This document shows, in pieces, positions 17,368 to 26,183 of a DNA stretch of 64,000 bases. Under the pieces are notes generated by a model. That model was not told the origin of the DNA, ran no database searches, and saw only the letters and a list, made by a program, of their open reading frames with translations. Position 1 is the first letter of the stretch. Each line of letters begins with the position of its first letter. The DNA is taken from assembly GCA_944391115.1 (NCBI GenBank), contig CALXSJ010000004.1:101957-165956 (forward strand), written 5' to 3'. The DNA comes from an uncultured Victivallales bacterium (GTDB lineage Bacteria > Verrucomicrobiota > Lentisphaeria > Victivallales > UBA1829). Position numbers and translations under genes: made by a program.

Positions 17368-18437
17368 TCTTTCCTGTCCTTTCTCTTTCTGTTATTTGCA
17401 AATTCAATCGGTTTCCCGGAACCGGAGACATGATGAATGCGGGGAAGCATCCAGTTCTCCGGGGAATTTTCAAGCATCAAATCCACGGCGAAGGCGCCCA
17501 TTGCACTGTAATCGACGCGATAGGAGATGATTCCGGAAAGATTCTTTTCCACGCCGTCGAAACCGGCAAGCAGGGTTTCCGTGCGGACATGAACCTTCGA
17601 CAGCATTTCACGGAAGCGGACCGCCGGATAATCGGAGGCAAACAGGACGGCATCCGGAGGGGCGCCGGACTCCGTCAGCAGATGAAGAAGGCGCCGGCTG
17701 TCGCCGTCCTCCTGGATGCTCCAGTCCAGTTTCCTGTGTTCCGCCTCGATCCGGAATGCCTCGGTCCGCTCGCAGAGATTGGCCATTCCCAGATCGCAGA
17801 ACAACCCGCCGCAGAAGCGGACGCTGCGGACTCCTCTTGCCGTCAGAAGATCCAGAAGAGCGGCCATTCCCGCATGATTGCCGCAAAGGACGCAGTGCAT
17901 ATCGGGGAACACATTGTTGAGCATGATCCGCCGGAGCTGTCTCCTGCACAGCAGAGGATGCCCCCAGTCGATATGCGGGGTATAAAGAAGCAGAATGCCG
18001 TCTGCGTCTCCGGGAATCTCCGACGCGGCGGGATCATCCAGAAACGCCCGGCAGGTCTCCAGTCCGAGTTCCGCGGCGCGCCGTTCCGCTCCGGCAGTCA
18101 TCCTGCGGTTGTGTCCCAGACGGGAAGAAAATGCGCTTCTCATCCCGAAAATAAAGATCCGGCGGGGAGGAACAAGCCCCACCCCTCTCCCGGAATCCGG
18201 CAGTTCCTCCGAAGCCCGGGCGAAAACGCCGCGCCCCTTCTCCCTGCGGGCGAAGCCCTCTTTTTCCAGCTGCGTCTGCACGCGGTAGGCGGTCATTTCG
18301 CTGACTCCGTAGATCCCGCAAAGCTCGCGCCGCGACGGCAGACGGCCTGAAACCCCATAAAAGCCATGGCGGATCCGGCGCTGCAGATCCAGAAGGATTT
18401 CCTTGTAAACCGGGAACGAAACGGATTTCATATGCAT
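17364..18437 (-). CDS. GntR-type HTH regulator with LacI/periplasmic-binding-like sugar sensor domain
   Basis: N-terminal winged HTH (LPSRRELCGIYGVSEMTAYRVQTQLEKEGFARREKGRGVFA), followed by a PBP-like C-domain. Confidence 0.8.
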   Translation of the reverse strand: MHMKSVSFPVYKEILLDLQRRIRHGFYGVSGRLPSRRELCGIYGVSEMTAYRVQTQLEKEGFARREKGRGVFARASEELPDSGRGVGLVPPRRIFIFGMRSAFSSRLGHNRRMTAGAERRAAELGLETCRAFLDDPAASEIPGDADGILLLYTPHIDWGHPLLCRRQLRRIMLNNVFPDMHCVLCGNHAGMAALLDLLTARGVRSVRFCGGLFCDLGMANLCERTEAFRIEAEHRKLDWSIQEDGDSRRLLHLLTESGAPPDAVLFASDYPAVRFREMLSKVHVRTETLLAGFDGVEKNLSGIISYRVDYSAMGAFAVDLMLENSPENWMLPRIHHVSGSGKPIEFANNRKRKDRKE

Positions 18438-18464
18438 GCCATCTGGTTCTTCTGTTTCCTGATT

Positions 18465-18480
18465 CTATACAACTATACAT
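18465..18480. promoter_or_regulatory. Tandem direct repeat CTATACAA-CTATACAT in the GntR/YdjY divergent region
   Basis: Two abutting 8-mers that differ only at the last base, about 30 bp upstream of the GntR-type regulator start (18437, minus strand). Confidence 0.3.
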
Positions 18481-18711
18481 GTCAAGCTTCAAAAAGCAAG
18501 AAGCCGATCTTCCTTTCTCAAAAGAAAATCTCCGTTTTGCCCTCTGCGGGCGAAGCATCTGCCGGACTCCGCGGTTCATCCGGCGCGGAACGGCCTTTTT
18601 CCCGGATCCGGATTGAAAACACGGCAAGGCGATGTAAGTTACGTCAGCCCTCTGCGCGGCGCCATGAAAACGGGATACGATGAAATTGCAATGAAAACCG
18701 GAAGGATACCG

Positions 18712-19473
18712 ATGAAACAGCTGAGCCTTGCCTTGTTTCTTCTGCTTGCCGCCGCGGCCGCGGCCGGAGACGCCGCGCTGCCGGAAAGAATCGGAGCGCG
18801 CAGGGATCGCGCCGGCAACATTCTGCTGGGCAGCGCCCTGATCCGGAAAAGCGACCGGACAATCTCCTTTCCGGGAAGAATCAATATCCGCGAAGGGGTG
18901 ATCGAAGTGCTCGTATCCACATCGCGCGGGCGGATGCACGAAAGCCTGATCGTGACGGACCTTGATCCGTTTCAGCTTCAGATGGCGCTGATCCTCGCCG
19001 GCTACGGCAACGGCGACCGGAAGACAGGCGCATCGTTCCATATCGAAGTGGTCTGGGGAAAATCCGTCCGCACCCCTGTCGATGAATGGCTCTACGACAA
19101 CACCGCGAAACAGCCGAAAACAAGAGGAAGATATTTTTTCGCCGGTTCGAGCTTCAAAAACGGACAATGCCTCGCCTCCCTGGAAGGAAATCTCATCAAC
19201 ATCAACAGCATGGACAGAAATACGATTCTGAACGCAGACATGGATAAGGACGCGGCCCTGCATGAATACACCGTCCGCGCGGAGAAACTCCCGCCGGCAA
19301 AGCTGAAAAACGCGGACTCCCCGCTGGAAGGACGGGAAGAAGTCCCCGTCCGCGTCATTCTCATTCCGGCAGACAGGAAACCCAATCCCTCCGCAGAGAC
19401 CGCGCAGGATTCGAACAACCGGAAAACACATCCGCCGGAGGAACGCGCGGAAACTCCGCGGATGACGCGCTGA
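18712..19473 (+). CDS. Secreted YdjY-domain-like protein
   Basis: Start at ATG 18712 (MKQLSLALFLLLAAAAAAG signal peptide, GGAAGGA RBS). Core segment INIREGVIEVLVSTSRGRMHESLIVTDLDPFQLQMALILAGYG matches the YdjY-type pattern as I recall it. Confidence 0.55.
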   Translation: MKQLSLALFLLLAAAAAAGDAALPERIGARRDRAGNILLGSALIRKSDRTISFPGRINIREGVIEVLVSTSRGRMHESLIVTDLDPFQLQMALILAGYGNGDRKTGASFHIEVVWGKSVRTPVDEWLYDNTAKQPKTRGRYFFAGSSFKNGQCLASLEGNLININSMDRNTILNADMDKDAALHEYTVRAEKLPPAKLKNADSPLEGREEVPVRVILIPADRKPNPSAETAQDSNNRKTHPPEERAETPRMTR

Positions 19474-19651
19474 ATCATGCGCCGAACCGGAATTTTTGCC
19501 GGATTCCGGGTTGCAATCACACACGCGGCATGCTACGTTACCGCTCCCGGCGGAAGTACGGAACAGCAGCCAATTGGAAACGGCATGCGGCCCGGCACGG
19601 ACGGGAAGGATTCCCCCCGTTCTCTCCGGACTTCGGAACATGAGGGTTATG

Positions 19652-21376
19652 ATGAAACCGGACATCTCCAGAGCCACGCAGAGAAATTGGAACCGGTTGC
19701 GGATCGACGGAAGAAAACGCCTGACGAAACGGGCGAACAAGCGCCGGTCCACAAAACGGATCCTGCCGCTGGAATATGTTTCCGATCCCGCTCACATTCC
19801 GTTTGTCCGGGCGGCGGCCGACCGGGTGCGCCGGAAGAAAATCCCGCTGTTCCGGGCGATCCGTTTCTTTGCAGCCGCGCTGCTGAAAGAAAAAGGAATT
19901 CTGCAGAAACCGCATGTGCAGGCAGTATTGGGGGAATCTCCTTCCGAACCGGATGATTTTCCCGCCGGTCTCGCCATTCCGGAACATGAATGGGACATTC
20001 TCGGGCTTCTCTATCAGAGCATGCTGCCGGAAGGACGCAAAAACAGAAACGGCTCCTATTACACACCGGAATCCGTCGCGAAAAACATGACAAAGGATTT
20101 CGATTTCTCCCATGGAGAAACTTTTCTGGACCCCTGCTGCGGCAGCGGCTCGTTCCTGCTCGCCCTGCCCTGTCATGATCCGGAACGCATCTTCGGATTC
20201 GACAATGATCCCCTCGCCGTCTTCATTGCGAAGGTGAATCTTCTTCTCAGATTCGCCGACCGGGAGTTCACGCCGCAGATCTTCCGCATGAATTATCTCG
20301 GAAAAAACCGCGGAAACGCCCTGCTGCGCGGCATCCGGCGGAAAACCTTTGACTACATCGCAACCAATCCTCCCTGGGGAGCGGTCTCCAGAGGCGCGCG
20401 CATTCCGGGGGAAATCCGTTCCGGAGAGTCGTTTTCCCGCTTTTTCGTGAACGCCCGGCGTCAGCTGAACGACAATGGAATGATCCGGTTTCTTTTTCCG
20501 GAATCGCTCCTCAATGTAAAAAACCACAGGGAGCTGCGTTCCTTTCTGCTGAACCGGTGCGAACTGAAGCAGATCACACTGTACGGCGGGACGTTTTCCG
20601 GCGTGACGACAAGATATATCGACGTGCTGTGCGGAAAACATCCGCCGACCCGGGAGGTGTATTTCCGCGATCCGTCCGGACTTCACAGGATTCCGGCGGA
20701 CAGCTTCCGCATGACGGACAATTTTTCCTTTCTCACCCACGCGGATCTGGAAATTCTCCGGAAAATCAAGGCGAAAGGCAGATATGATCTTTCCGGCAGC
20801 ATCTGGGCCCTCGGAATCGTGACGGGCGACAACCGGAACAAGCTGAAGCGCGTGCCGGAACCGGGATTCGAGCCGATCTACACGGGAAAGGAGATCGAAC
20901 GCTACCGGCTCCGGCCGCCGGAAAACTATCTTCTTTACGACCGGACAAACCTGCAGCAGATCGCCAGGGAGGAGTATTACCGGGCGCAGGAAAAACTGGT
21001 TTACAAATTCATTTCATCCAAACTGGTTTTCGCCTATGACGATACGGGAAGCCTTTTCCTGAACAGCGCAAACATCCTGATTCCCTCCGTTCCGGGCATG
21101 AGCATCAAAACCGTTCTCGCGTTTTTGAACTCGGCGCTCTTCCAGTTTTATTACAGCAGGATTTTCGGCGAGGTGAAAATCCTGAAGGGGAATCTCGTCA
21201 AACTCCCGTTCCCCGGCATTCTTCCGGAACAGAACCGGCTTTTCGAATCCGCCGCAGACAGAATTCTTGCAGGAGATGACACCGCGGACGAATTTCTGCA
21301 GGAGGCAATCGAAGCGCTCTATGATCTCACGCCCGATCAGACGGCATATGTCCGGAAAATCGCAGGCAGACAGTGA
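19652..21376 (+). CDS. N6-adenine DNA methyltransferase (Eco57I/TaqI-like, gamma class) with C-terminal target-recognition domain
   Basis: AdoMet motif I FLDPCCGSGSFLL and catalytic motif IV DYIATNPPWG. TaqI-like C-terminal TRD (LVYKFISSKLVFAYDDTGSLFLNSANILIP). Start is uncertain (ATGs at 19640, 19649, 19652 after GAGGG; the ORF is open from 19496). Confidence 0.85.
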   Translation: MKPDISRATQRNWNRLRIDGRKRLTKRANKRRSTKRILPLEYVSDPAHIPFVRAAADRVRRKKIPLFRAIRFFAAALLKEKGILQKPHVQAVLGESPSEPDDFPAGLAIPEHEWDILGLLYQSMLPEGRKNRNGSYYTPESVAKNMTKDFDFSHGETFLDPCCGSGSFLLALPCHDPERIFGFDNDPLAVFIAKVNLLLRFADREFTPQIFRMNYLGKNRGNALLRGIRRKTFDYIATNPPWGAVSRGARIPGEIRSGESFSRFFVNARRQLNDNGMIRFLFPESLLNVKNHRELRSFLLNRCELKQITLYGGTFSGVTTRYIDVLCGKHPPTREVYFRDPSGLHRIPADSFRMTDNFSFLTHADLEILRKIKAKGRYDLSGSIWALGIVTGDNRNKLKRVPEPGFEPIYTGKEIERYRLRPPENYLLYDRTNLQQIAREEYYRAQEKLVYKFISSKLVFAYDDTGSLFLNSANILIPSVPGMSIKTVLAFLNSALFQFYYSRIFGEVKILKGNLVKLPFPGILPEQNRLFESAADRILAGDDTADEFLQEAIEALYDLTPDQTAYVRKIAGRQ

Positions 21377-21510
21377 GCCGCCCGTCCGCACAGCGGGACC
21401 GGGAGAAATCCGGAAACACTTTCATGAAAGCGGCGCAGCAGAGGGGAAAAAACGCTTCCGTCATCTGCCTGCATCGGCGCAAAATAAAGACGGGAAAATG
21501 CGAAGCGCGC

Positions 21511-21539
21511 TTGATTGTATGGGATTTCTGTGGTAAATT
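21511..21539 (+). promoter_or_regulatory. Sigma-70-like promoter for the NDK-like gene
   Basis: TTGATT, a 17-nt spacer, then TAAATT. The -10 element ends 40 nt upstream of the ATG at 21579. Confidence 0.45.
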
Positions 21540-21578
21540 ACCGGGATCAGCAAATTTAAAGAGGAGAAATTTGTTACT

Positions 21579-22763
21579 ATGGCAGTGGAACTTTCGTTCG
21601 TTCTGATCACCCCCTACTCGCTCATGAAATCCCGGACCGGCGGCATTCTCGCACGCCTGCTTTCCCGTACGGATCTTGATCTTGTCGGCGCCCAGATGCT
21701 CACGCCGTCCCGGGAATTCGCCGAAACTTACGCGGCTTCCATGCGGAAACATGTCGGAAAACGCGATGAATTCGCGGCAAAACTCTTCAGCGACTACATG
21801 CTCGACAATCTCTCCCCGCTTCCGGACGGTTCCCGGGAACGCGTTCTGATGCTTCTCTTCAAGGGAGAGGACGCCTGTGCCAAACTCTCCGCCGTCGTCG
21901 GACAGCTGCCGAACGCCAAGAACCGCAAGACCAACATCATCGGGGAAACCATCCGCGACACCTACGCCGACCTGGTCTTCAACCGCGACGGCTCTCTCAA
22001 CTATTTCGAGCCCGCCGTCTTCACGCCGCCGCTCTCCGACGCCTGCGAAGAACGGCTCGGCATGCTTGCGGACTTCGCGGAGGCGAGCGAAAACATCGTG
22101 ACGAACACGACGCATCAGGAACCCAACAGCGAACGCACGCTGGTCATCATCAAACCCGACAACTGGCGCTGCCCGAGCGTAAAGCCTGGCAACATCATCG
22201 ACATGCTCAGCCGGACCGGACTGCGCATCGTCGGATGCAAAATCTACCAGATGTCCGTGGCGGAGGCGCTGGAGTTCTACGGACCTGTCCAGAACGCTCT
22301 CCGCAAGAAACTTGCGCCGGTCATCGGGAAAAAAGCCTATGACCGCCTTTCCGAGGAGTTCGGGCTCAAGCTCCGTCCGGAATCCGAGCAGATGCTGACG
22401 GATTCCATCGGGCGCGACTATGCGGACGACCAGTTCAACAAGATCGTGGAATTCATGTCCGGACGCCGTCCCGACGAGTGCCCGTCCGAGGAACTGAACC
22501 GTCCCGGCAAAGTCAAATGCATGATCCTGATCTACGAAGGCCCCGACGCTGTCCGGAAAATCCGTGACGTGCTCGGCCCGACGGATCCGACCAAAGCGCC
22601 GGGCGGCACGATCCGCAGGGAGTTCGGGCATGACGTCATGGTCAACACCGCGCACGCCTCCGATTCCCAGGAAAGCTTCGAGCGCGAAACCAGAATCATC
22701 AAGATTCAGAACAACCCGATGGCGGCGCTGATCCGCGCCCATCTGGCATCCATGAAACAATAA
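21579..22763 (+). CDS. Tandem nucleoside-diphosphate-kinase-like protein (degenerate N-domain, C-domain with catalytic His)
   Basis: The C-half has NDK signatures: RTLVIIKPD, LIYEGPDAVRKIRDVLGPTDPTKAPGGTIRREFG and NTAHASD (compare NxxHGSD). The N-half starts LSFVLITPYSLMKSRTGGILARLL, which is NDK-like but lacks the Lys and His. AGAGGAG RBS. Confidence 0.75.
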   Translation: MAVELSFVLITPYSLMKSRTGGILARLLSRTDLDLVGAQMLTPSREFAETYAASMRKHVGKRDEFAAKLFSDYMLDNLSPLPDGSRERVLMLLFKGEDACAKLSAVVGQLPNAKNRKTNIIGETIRDTYADLVFNRDGSLNYFEPAVFTPPLSDACEERLGMLADFAEASENIVTNTTHQEPNSERTLVIIKPDNWRCPSVKPGNIIDMLSRTGLRIVGCKIYQMSVAEALEFYGPVQNALRKKLAPVIGKKAYDRLSEEFGLKLRPESEQMLTDSIGRDYADDQFNKIVEFMSGRRPDECPSEELNRPGKVKCMILIYEGPDAVRKIRDVLGPTDPTKAPGGTIRREFGHDVMVNTAHASDSQESFERETRIIKIQNNPMAALIRAHLASMKQ

Positions 22764-22782
22764 AGGTAAGGTGTACGCCGAA

Positions 22783-23967
22783 ATGAACGATCTGAAGGTC
22801 ACAAAAGGAACCATGGCGTTCCTCTCCCCGTCCGAAACACTTGCAATCGCGGCGAAGGCCAAGGCGCTGAAAGCCGCCGGCGAAAACGTCTGCGCAATGG
22901 GAGCCGGCGAACCCGATTTCGATACGCCGGCGCACATCAAACAGGCGGCGATTGACGCTCTTCTGAAAGGGGAGACGAAATACACGCCCTCCTCCGGCAT
23001 CCCCGCACTCAAGAAGGCGATTGCGGAAAAATTCCGGAATGACAACGGAATCGAGACGGAACCTTCCCGGATCATCGTTTCGCCCGGCGCGAAATTCAGC
23101 GGTTTTGCAGCGATCTGCACCCTCTGCGGTCCCGGCGACGAGGTCATTGTCCCCGCCCCCTACTGGGTCAGCTACACGGAAATGATCAAGGCCGCCGGCG
23201 CAACTGCGGTCATCGTCCGCTGCAAGGCGGAGAACAATTTCGAACTGGAGCCGGAAGCCCTTCAGGCCGCGATCACGCCGCGCACGAAACTGCTGATTCT
23301 CAATTCGCCGTCGAATCCGACCGGCGCGGTCTACCGGACTTCCACGATTGAGAAAATCGCGGAAGTGGCACTGCGGAACAACATCATGGTTCTTTCGGAC
23401 GAGATTTATGAGAAGCTCGTCTATGACCCGGAGCTTCCGCACAAAAGCATTGCCTCGGTCTCCCCGGAGATGAATGAGCTCACGATCACGGTCAACGGGT
23501 TCAGCAAGGCCTATTCGATGCCAGGCTGGCGGCTCGGTTACCTCACGGCGCCGAAATGGCTGGCGGACCGGATCGTCGCATTCCAGAGTCACACGACCTC
23601 CAATCCGACGAGTTTTGCCCAGTACGGAGCGCTCGCCGCGCTGACCGGCCCCCAGGAACCTGTCGAGGAAATGCGCCGCGCGTTTGCAAAACGCCGGGAC
23701 CTCATCTACTCGCTCCTTTCCGCAATTCCGGGCGTCAGGACAATCCGGCCTTCCGGCGCGTTCTATCTTTTCTTCGACGTGTCAAGCTTCGGTCTGAACT
23801 CCACGGACTTCGTCAACCGTCTGCTGGACGAGGAAAAAGTCGCGGGTGTGCCGGGGAAGGCATTTGGAGACGATCACAGTCTCCGTGTTTCCTACGCATG
23901 CTCCGAGGAGACCATCCGCGAAGCCGCCGCCAGAATCGCCCGTTTCTGCGGAAAACTTGCAAAATAA
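22783..23967 (+). CDS. Class I PLP-dependent aminotransferase (aspartate aminotransferase-like)
   Basis: Motifs SPSETLAIAAKAKALKAAGENVCAMGAGEPDFDTP and NSPSNPTG, plus the PLP lysine context FSKAYSMPGWRLGY. ATG at 22783 follows AAGGTG. Confidence 0.9.
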   Translation: MNDLKVTKGTMAFLSPSETLAIAAKAKALKAAGENVCAMGAGEPDFDTPAHIKQAAIDALLKGETKYTPSSGIPALKKAIAEKFRNDNGIETEPSRIIVSPGAKFSGFAAICTLCGPGDEVIVPAPYWVSYTEMIKAAGATAVIVRCKAENNFELEPEALQAAITPRTKLLILNSPSNPTGAVYRTSTIEKIAEVALRNNIMVLSDEIYEKLVYDPELPHKSIASVSPEMNELTITVNGFSKAYSMPGWRLGYLTAPKWLADRIVAFQSHTTSNPTSFAQYGALAALTGPQEPVEEMRRAFAKRRDLIYSLLSAIPGVRTIRPSGAFYLFFDVSSFGLNSTDFVNRLLDEEKVAGVPGKAFGDDHSLRVSYACSEETIREAAARIARFCGKLAK

Positions 23968-24066
23968 CAGCTCCGTCTCATCTCCCGCCGGAGGACACGC
24001 CCTCCGGCGGAATGAAAACAACATGCAACCGCGGGGAAAACCCCGGATAAACCGGAGGAGTCCGGC

Positions 24067-24366
24067 ATGGATACTGTATGGATCGCAGTCCGTTTTCTGA
24101 TTCTGCTTGCCGTCACAGCCGCTGCGCTGAACACGGCCATGTTTCTGGCAAACGTCCGTGTGCGTTCAACGATGTCGGTTTCCATCGCCCTCGGGCTGTT
24201 CTGCTCGGTCTTTCTGATGATTCCCTGGATCGGCTGGCTGATCGCCGCGTTCTTCGCGTTCCGCTGTCTGGCGAAACTGACACACTCGCCGCCACTGCCG
24301 GACTCCCTGACCATGGCGGCAGGCGCGATTTTCACCGCACAGCTCTGCAAGCTTCTTCTGTTCTGA
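24067..24366 (+). CDS. Small hydrophobic membrane protein (three predicted TM segments)
   Basis: 99 aa and almost entirely hydrophobic. A perfect GGAGGAG RBS lies 6 nt upstream. It ends 25 nt before the sigma-54 activator gene. Confidence 0.55.
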   Translation: MDTVWIAVRFLILLAVTAAALNTAMFLANVRVRSTMSVSIALGLFCSVFLMIPWIGWLIAAFFAFRCLAKLTHSPPLPDSLTMAAGAIFTAQLCKLLLF

Positions 24367-24391
24367 CGCGCCCGTCCCACGGAGAAATTTC

Positions 24392-25936
24392 ATGGATCAG
24401 CTGAAAACCGAAATCGCCGTTCTGCAGGAAATCAGTTCCGCCGTAGTCCACGAGCGGAACGTCAGCCGTCTTCTTGACAGGGTGCTCGACATTCTGAACC
24501 GGAAAATGGGCATGGTGCGCGGCACGTTCACGCTCCGGCAGGGAGACCTGTTCATCATTGAAGCCTCGCAGGGGCTTGATGAAAACGAGAAGAAACGCGG
24601 ACGCTACAAGCTCGGCGAGGGAATCACAGGACATGTCGCAGAAACAGGCGTCCCCTGTCTGGTGCCGGACATCTCGAAAGACAAGCGTTTTCTGAGCCGT
24701 ACGGGAAAACACCAGTTCGACAGCAATCCCGTCGCATTTCTCTGCGTTCCGGTCATCCAGGACGAACGCGTGATCGCCACGCTCGGCATTGACCGCAAGG
24801 TGGTTCCCGGCGTGCAGCTGGACGAGGATCTGAAACTCCTGGAAATCATCGGCAATCTGATGGCTGACGCGGTCGCGGTTTACCATCAGGAGCGGGAGGA
24901 ACGGGAGAGTCTGCTGGAAGAAAACAAACGCCTGCGCGAAGCGCTCACGGAAGGCGGGAATCCCGGAGAACTGATCGGCAACTGCCGGGCGATGCAGAAT
25001 ATTTATGCGCTGATCCGCCAGGTCGCCGCCAGCAATGCCACCGTGCTGATCCGGGGAAGCTCCGGAACCGGCAAGGAACTGGTCGCAAAAGCGATCCGTC
25101 AGCTCAGCACGCGCGCGGACAAACCGTTTGTCACGCTGAATTGCGCCGCACTGCCGGAAAATCTGGTCGAAAGCGAACTCTTCGGTCATGAAAAAGGAGC
25201 GTTCACCGGCGCGGTCAGCCGCAGAATCGGGCGCGCCGAGGCGGCGGACGGCGGCACGCTGTTTCTGGACGAGATCGGCGATCTGAGCCTGCCTGTCCAG
25301 GTCAAGCTCCTGCGTTTCATTCAGGAACGCACCTTCTCGCGGATCGGAAGCAACGAGGAGATCCGGACCGACGTCCGGCTTCTGGCCGCGACCAGCCGGA
25401 ATCTGGAACAGCTGATGGCGGAGGGGAAATTCCGCGAAGACCTCTATTACCGCCTGAACATCTTCCCGATCCTCCTGCCGGACCTCTCCAAGCGCAGAAG
25501 CGACATCGTTCTGCTGGCGGAACATTTCATCGCCAAGCACAACCTGCGTTACGGCAAACATGTCAAGCGCCTTTCCACCCCGGCGGTCAACATGCTGATG
25601 GCGTATCACTGGCCGGGAAATGTCAGAGAGCTGGAAAACTGCATCGAACGTGCCGTTCTGACCGCCTCGGATGACTGCATTCACGGTTACAATCTGCCGC
25701 CCTCGCTGCAGACCGGAAAAGAGGCCGGCTATGAACTGCTCCCCGAAGGAAAGGCATCCTTCAACACGATGGTCGAATCCTTTGAGCGGGAGCTGATTGT
25801 CGAGGCGCTGAAGAAAAACCGCGGCAACATGTCCGCCGCCGCGCGCGATCTCGATCTCTCCCCGCGTGTCATCCACTACAAGATCAACAGCTACGGCATC
25901 ACACCCGAATGGTACCGCCGCAAACAGGATGAGTGA
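24392..25936 (+). CDS. Sigma-54-dependent transcriptional activator (GAF + AAA+ + Fis-type HTH; NifA-like architecture)
   Basis: GAF-like N-domain. AAA+ core with Walker A GSSGTGKE, the GAFTGA loop (EKGAFTGA) and Walker B LFLDEIG. C-terminal [23 protein letters not shown]. Confidence 0.9.
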   Translation: MDQLKTEIAVLQEISSAVVHERNVSRLLDRVLDILNRKMGMVRGTFTLRQGDLFIIEASQGLDENEKKRGRYKLGEGITGHVAETGVPCLVPDISKDKRFLSRTGKHQFDSNPVAFLCVPVIQDERVIATLGIDRKVVPGVQLDEDLKLLEIIGNLMADAVAVYHQEREERESLLEENKRLREALTEGGNPGELIGNCRAMQNIYALIRQVAASNATVLIRGSSGTGKELVAKAIRQLSTRADKPFVTLNCAALPENLVESELFGHEKGAFTGAVSRRIGRAEAADGGTLFLDEIGDLSLPVQVKLLRFIQERTFSRIGSNEEIRTDVRLLAATSRNLEQLMAEGKFREDLYYRLNIFPILLPDLSKRRSDIVLLAEHFIAKHNLRYGKHVKRLSTPAVNMLMAYHWPGNVRELENCIERAVLTASDDCIHGYNLPPSLQTGKEAGYELLPEGKASFNTMVESFERELIVEALKKNRGNMSAAARDLDLSPRVIHYKINSYGITPEWYRRKQDE

Positions 25937-26030
25937 CATCCTTGCGGTCACGGCTGGACGCGTGCCGCCTCGGCATGACATTCGCACGGATGTTTATTTT
26001 TCGGAACGTTTATAAACATTAAAACTTTTT

Positions 26031-26057
26031 ATATTTGAAATATTATATTTTAAATAT
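26031..26057. promoter_or_regulatory. Two adjacent copies of the palindrome ATATTT-N-AAATAT
   Basis: ATATTTgAAATAT at 26031-26043 and ATATTTtAAATAT at 26045-26057, 14 bp centre to centre. A further perfect 10-bp palindrome, GTTTATAAAC, lies at 26008-26017. Confidence 0.4.
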
Positions 26058-26110
26058 GTAATCAATCAAAGTATTTTTGAGATATTCCATTCATAACAAA
26101 TATATTTTCC

Positions 26111-26140
26111 TTGATTTTCCGAGTTTGTCCAATATATTAT
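26111..26140 (+). promoter_or_regulatory. Sigma-70-like promoter candidate for the ECF sigma/kinase pair
   Basis: TTGATT (26111-26116), an 18-nt spacer, then TATTAT (26135-26140), inside the AT-rich island. Confidence 0.35.
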
Positions 26141-26183
26141 AAAATCATTAAAAATCGTTTCTTTTCCGTGGAGATTCAGCAAC

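Noticed and set aside
18034-19752. 572-aa minus-strand ORF
   Set aside because: It overlaps the 5' part of the GntR-type regulator in another frame, crosses an intergenic region, and runs antisense to the YdjY-like gene. It has low-complexity Arg/Gly composition.
19474-21376. The methyltransferase region considered as part of a mobile element or defence island
   Set aside because: There is no integrase, transposase, flanking direct repeat, tRNA target or obvious compositional shift. Only the solitary methyltransferase observation is retained.
19538-23147. Minus-strand ORFs 19538..20740 (400 aa) and 21327..23147 (606 aa)
   Set aside because: They are antisense to the methyltransferase, the NDK-like gene and the aminotransferase gene, all of which have clear catalytic motifs. 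The antisense products have none.
24332-25987. 551-aa minus-strand ORF
   Set aside because: It is a perfect antisense shadow of the sigma-54 activator gene, whose Walker A/B, GAFTGA and HTH motifs identify the plus frame as the real one.
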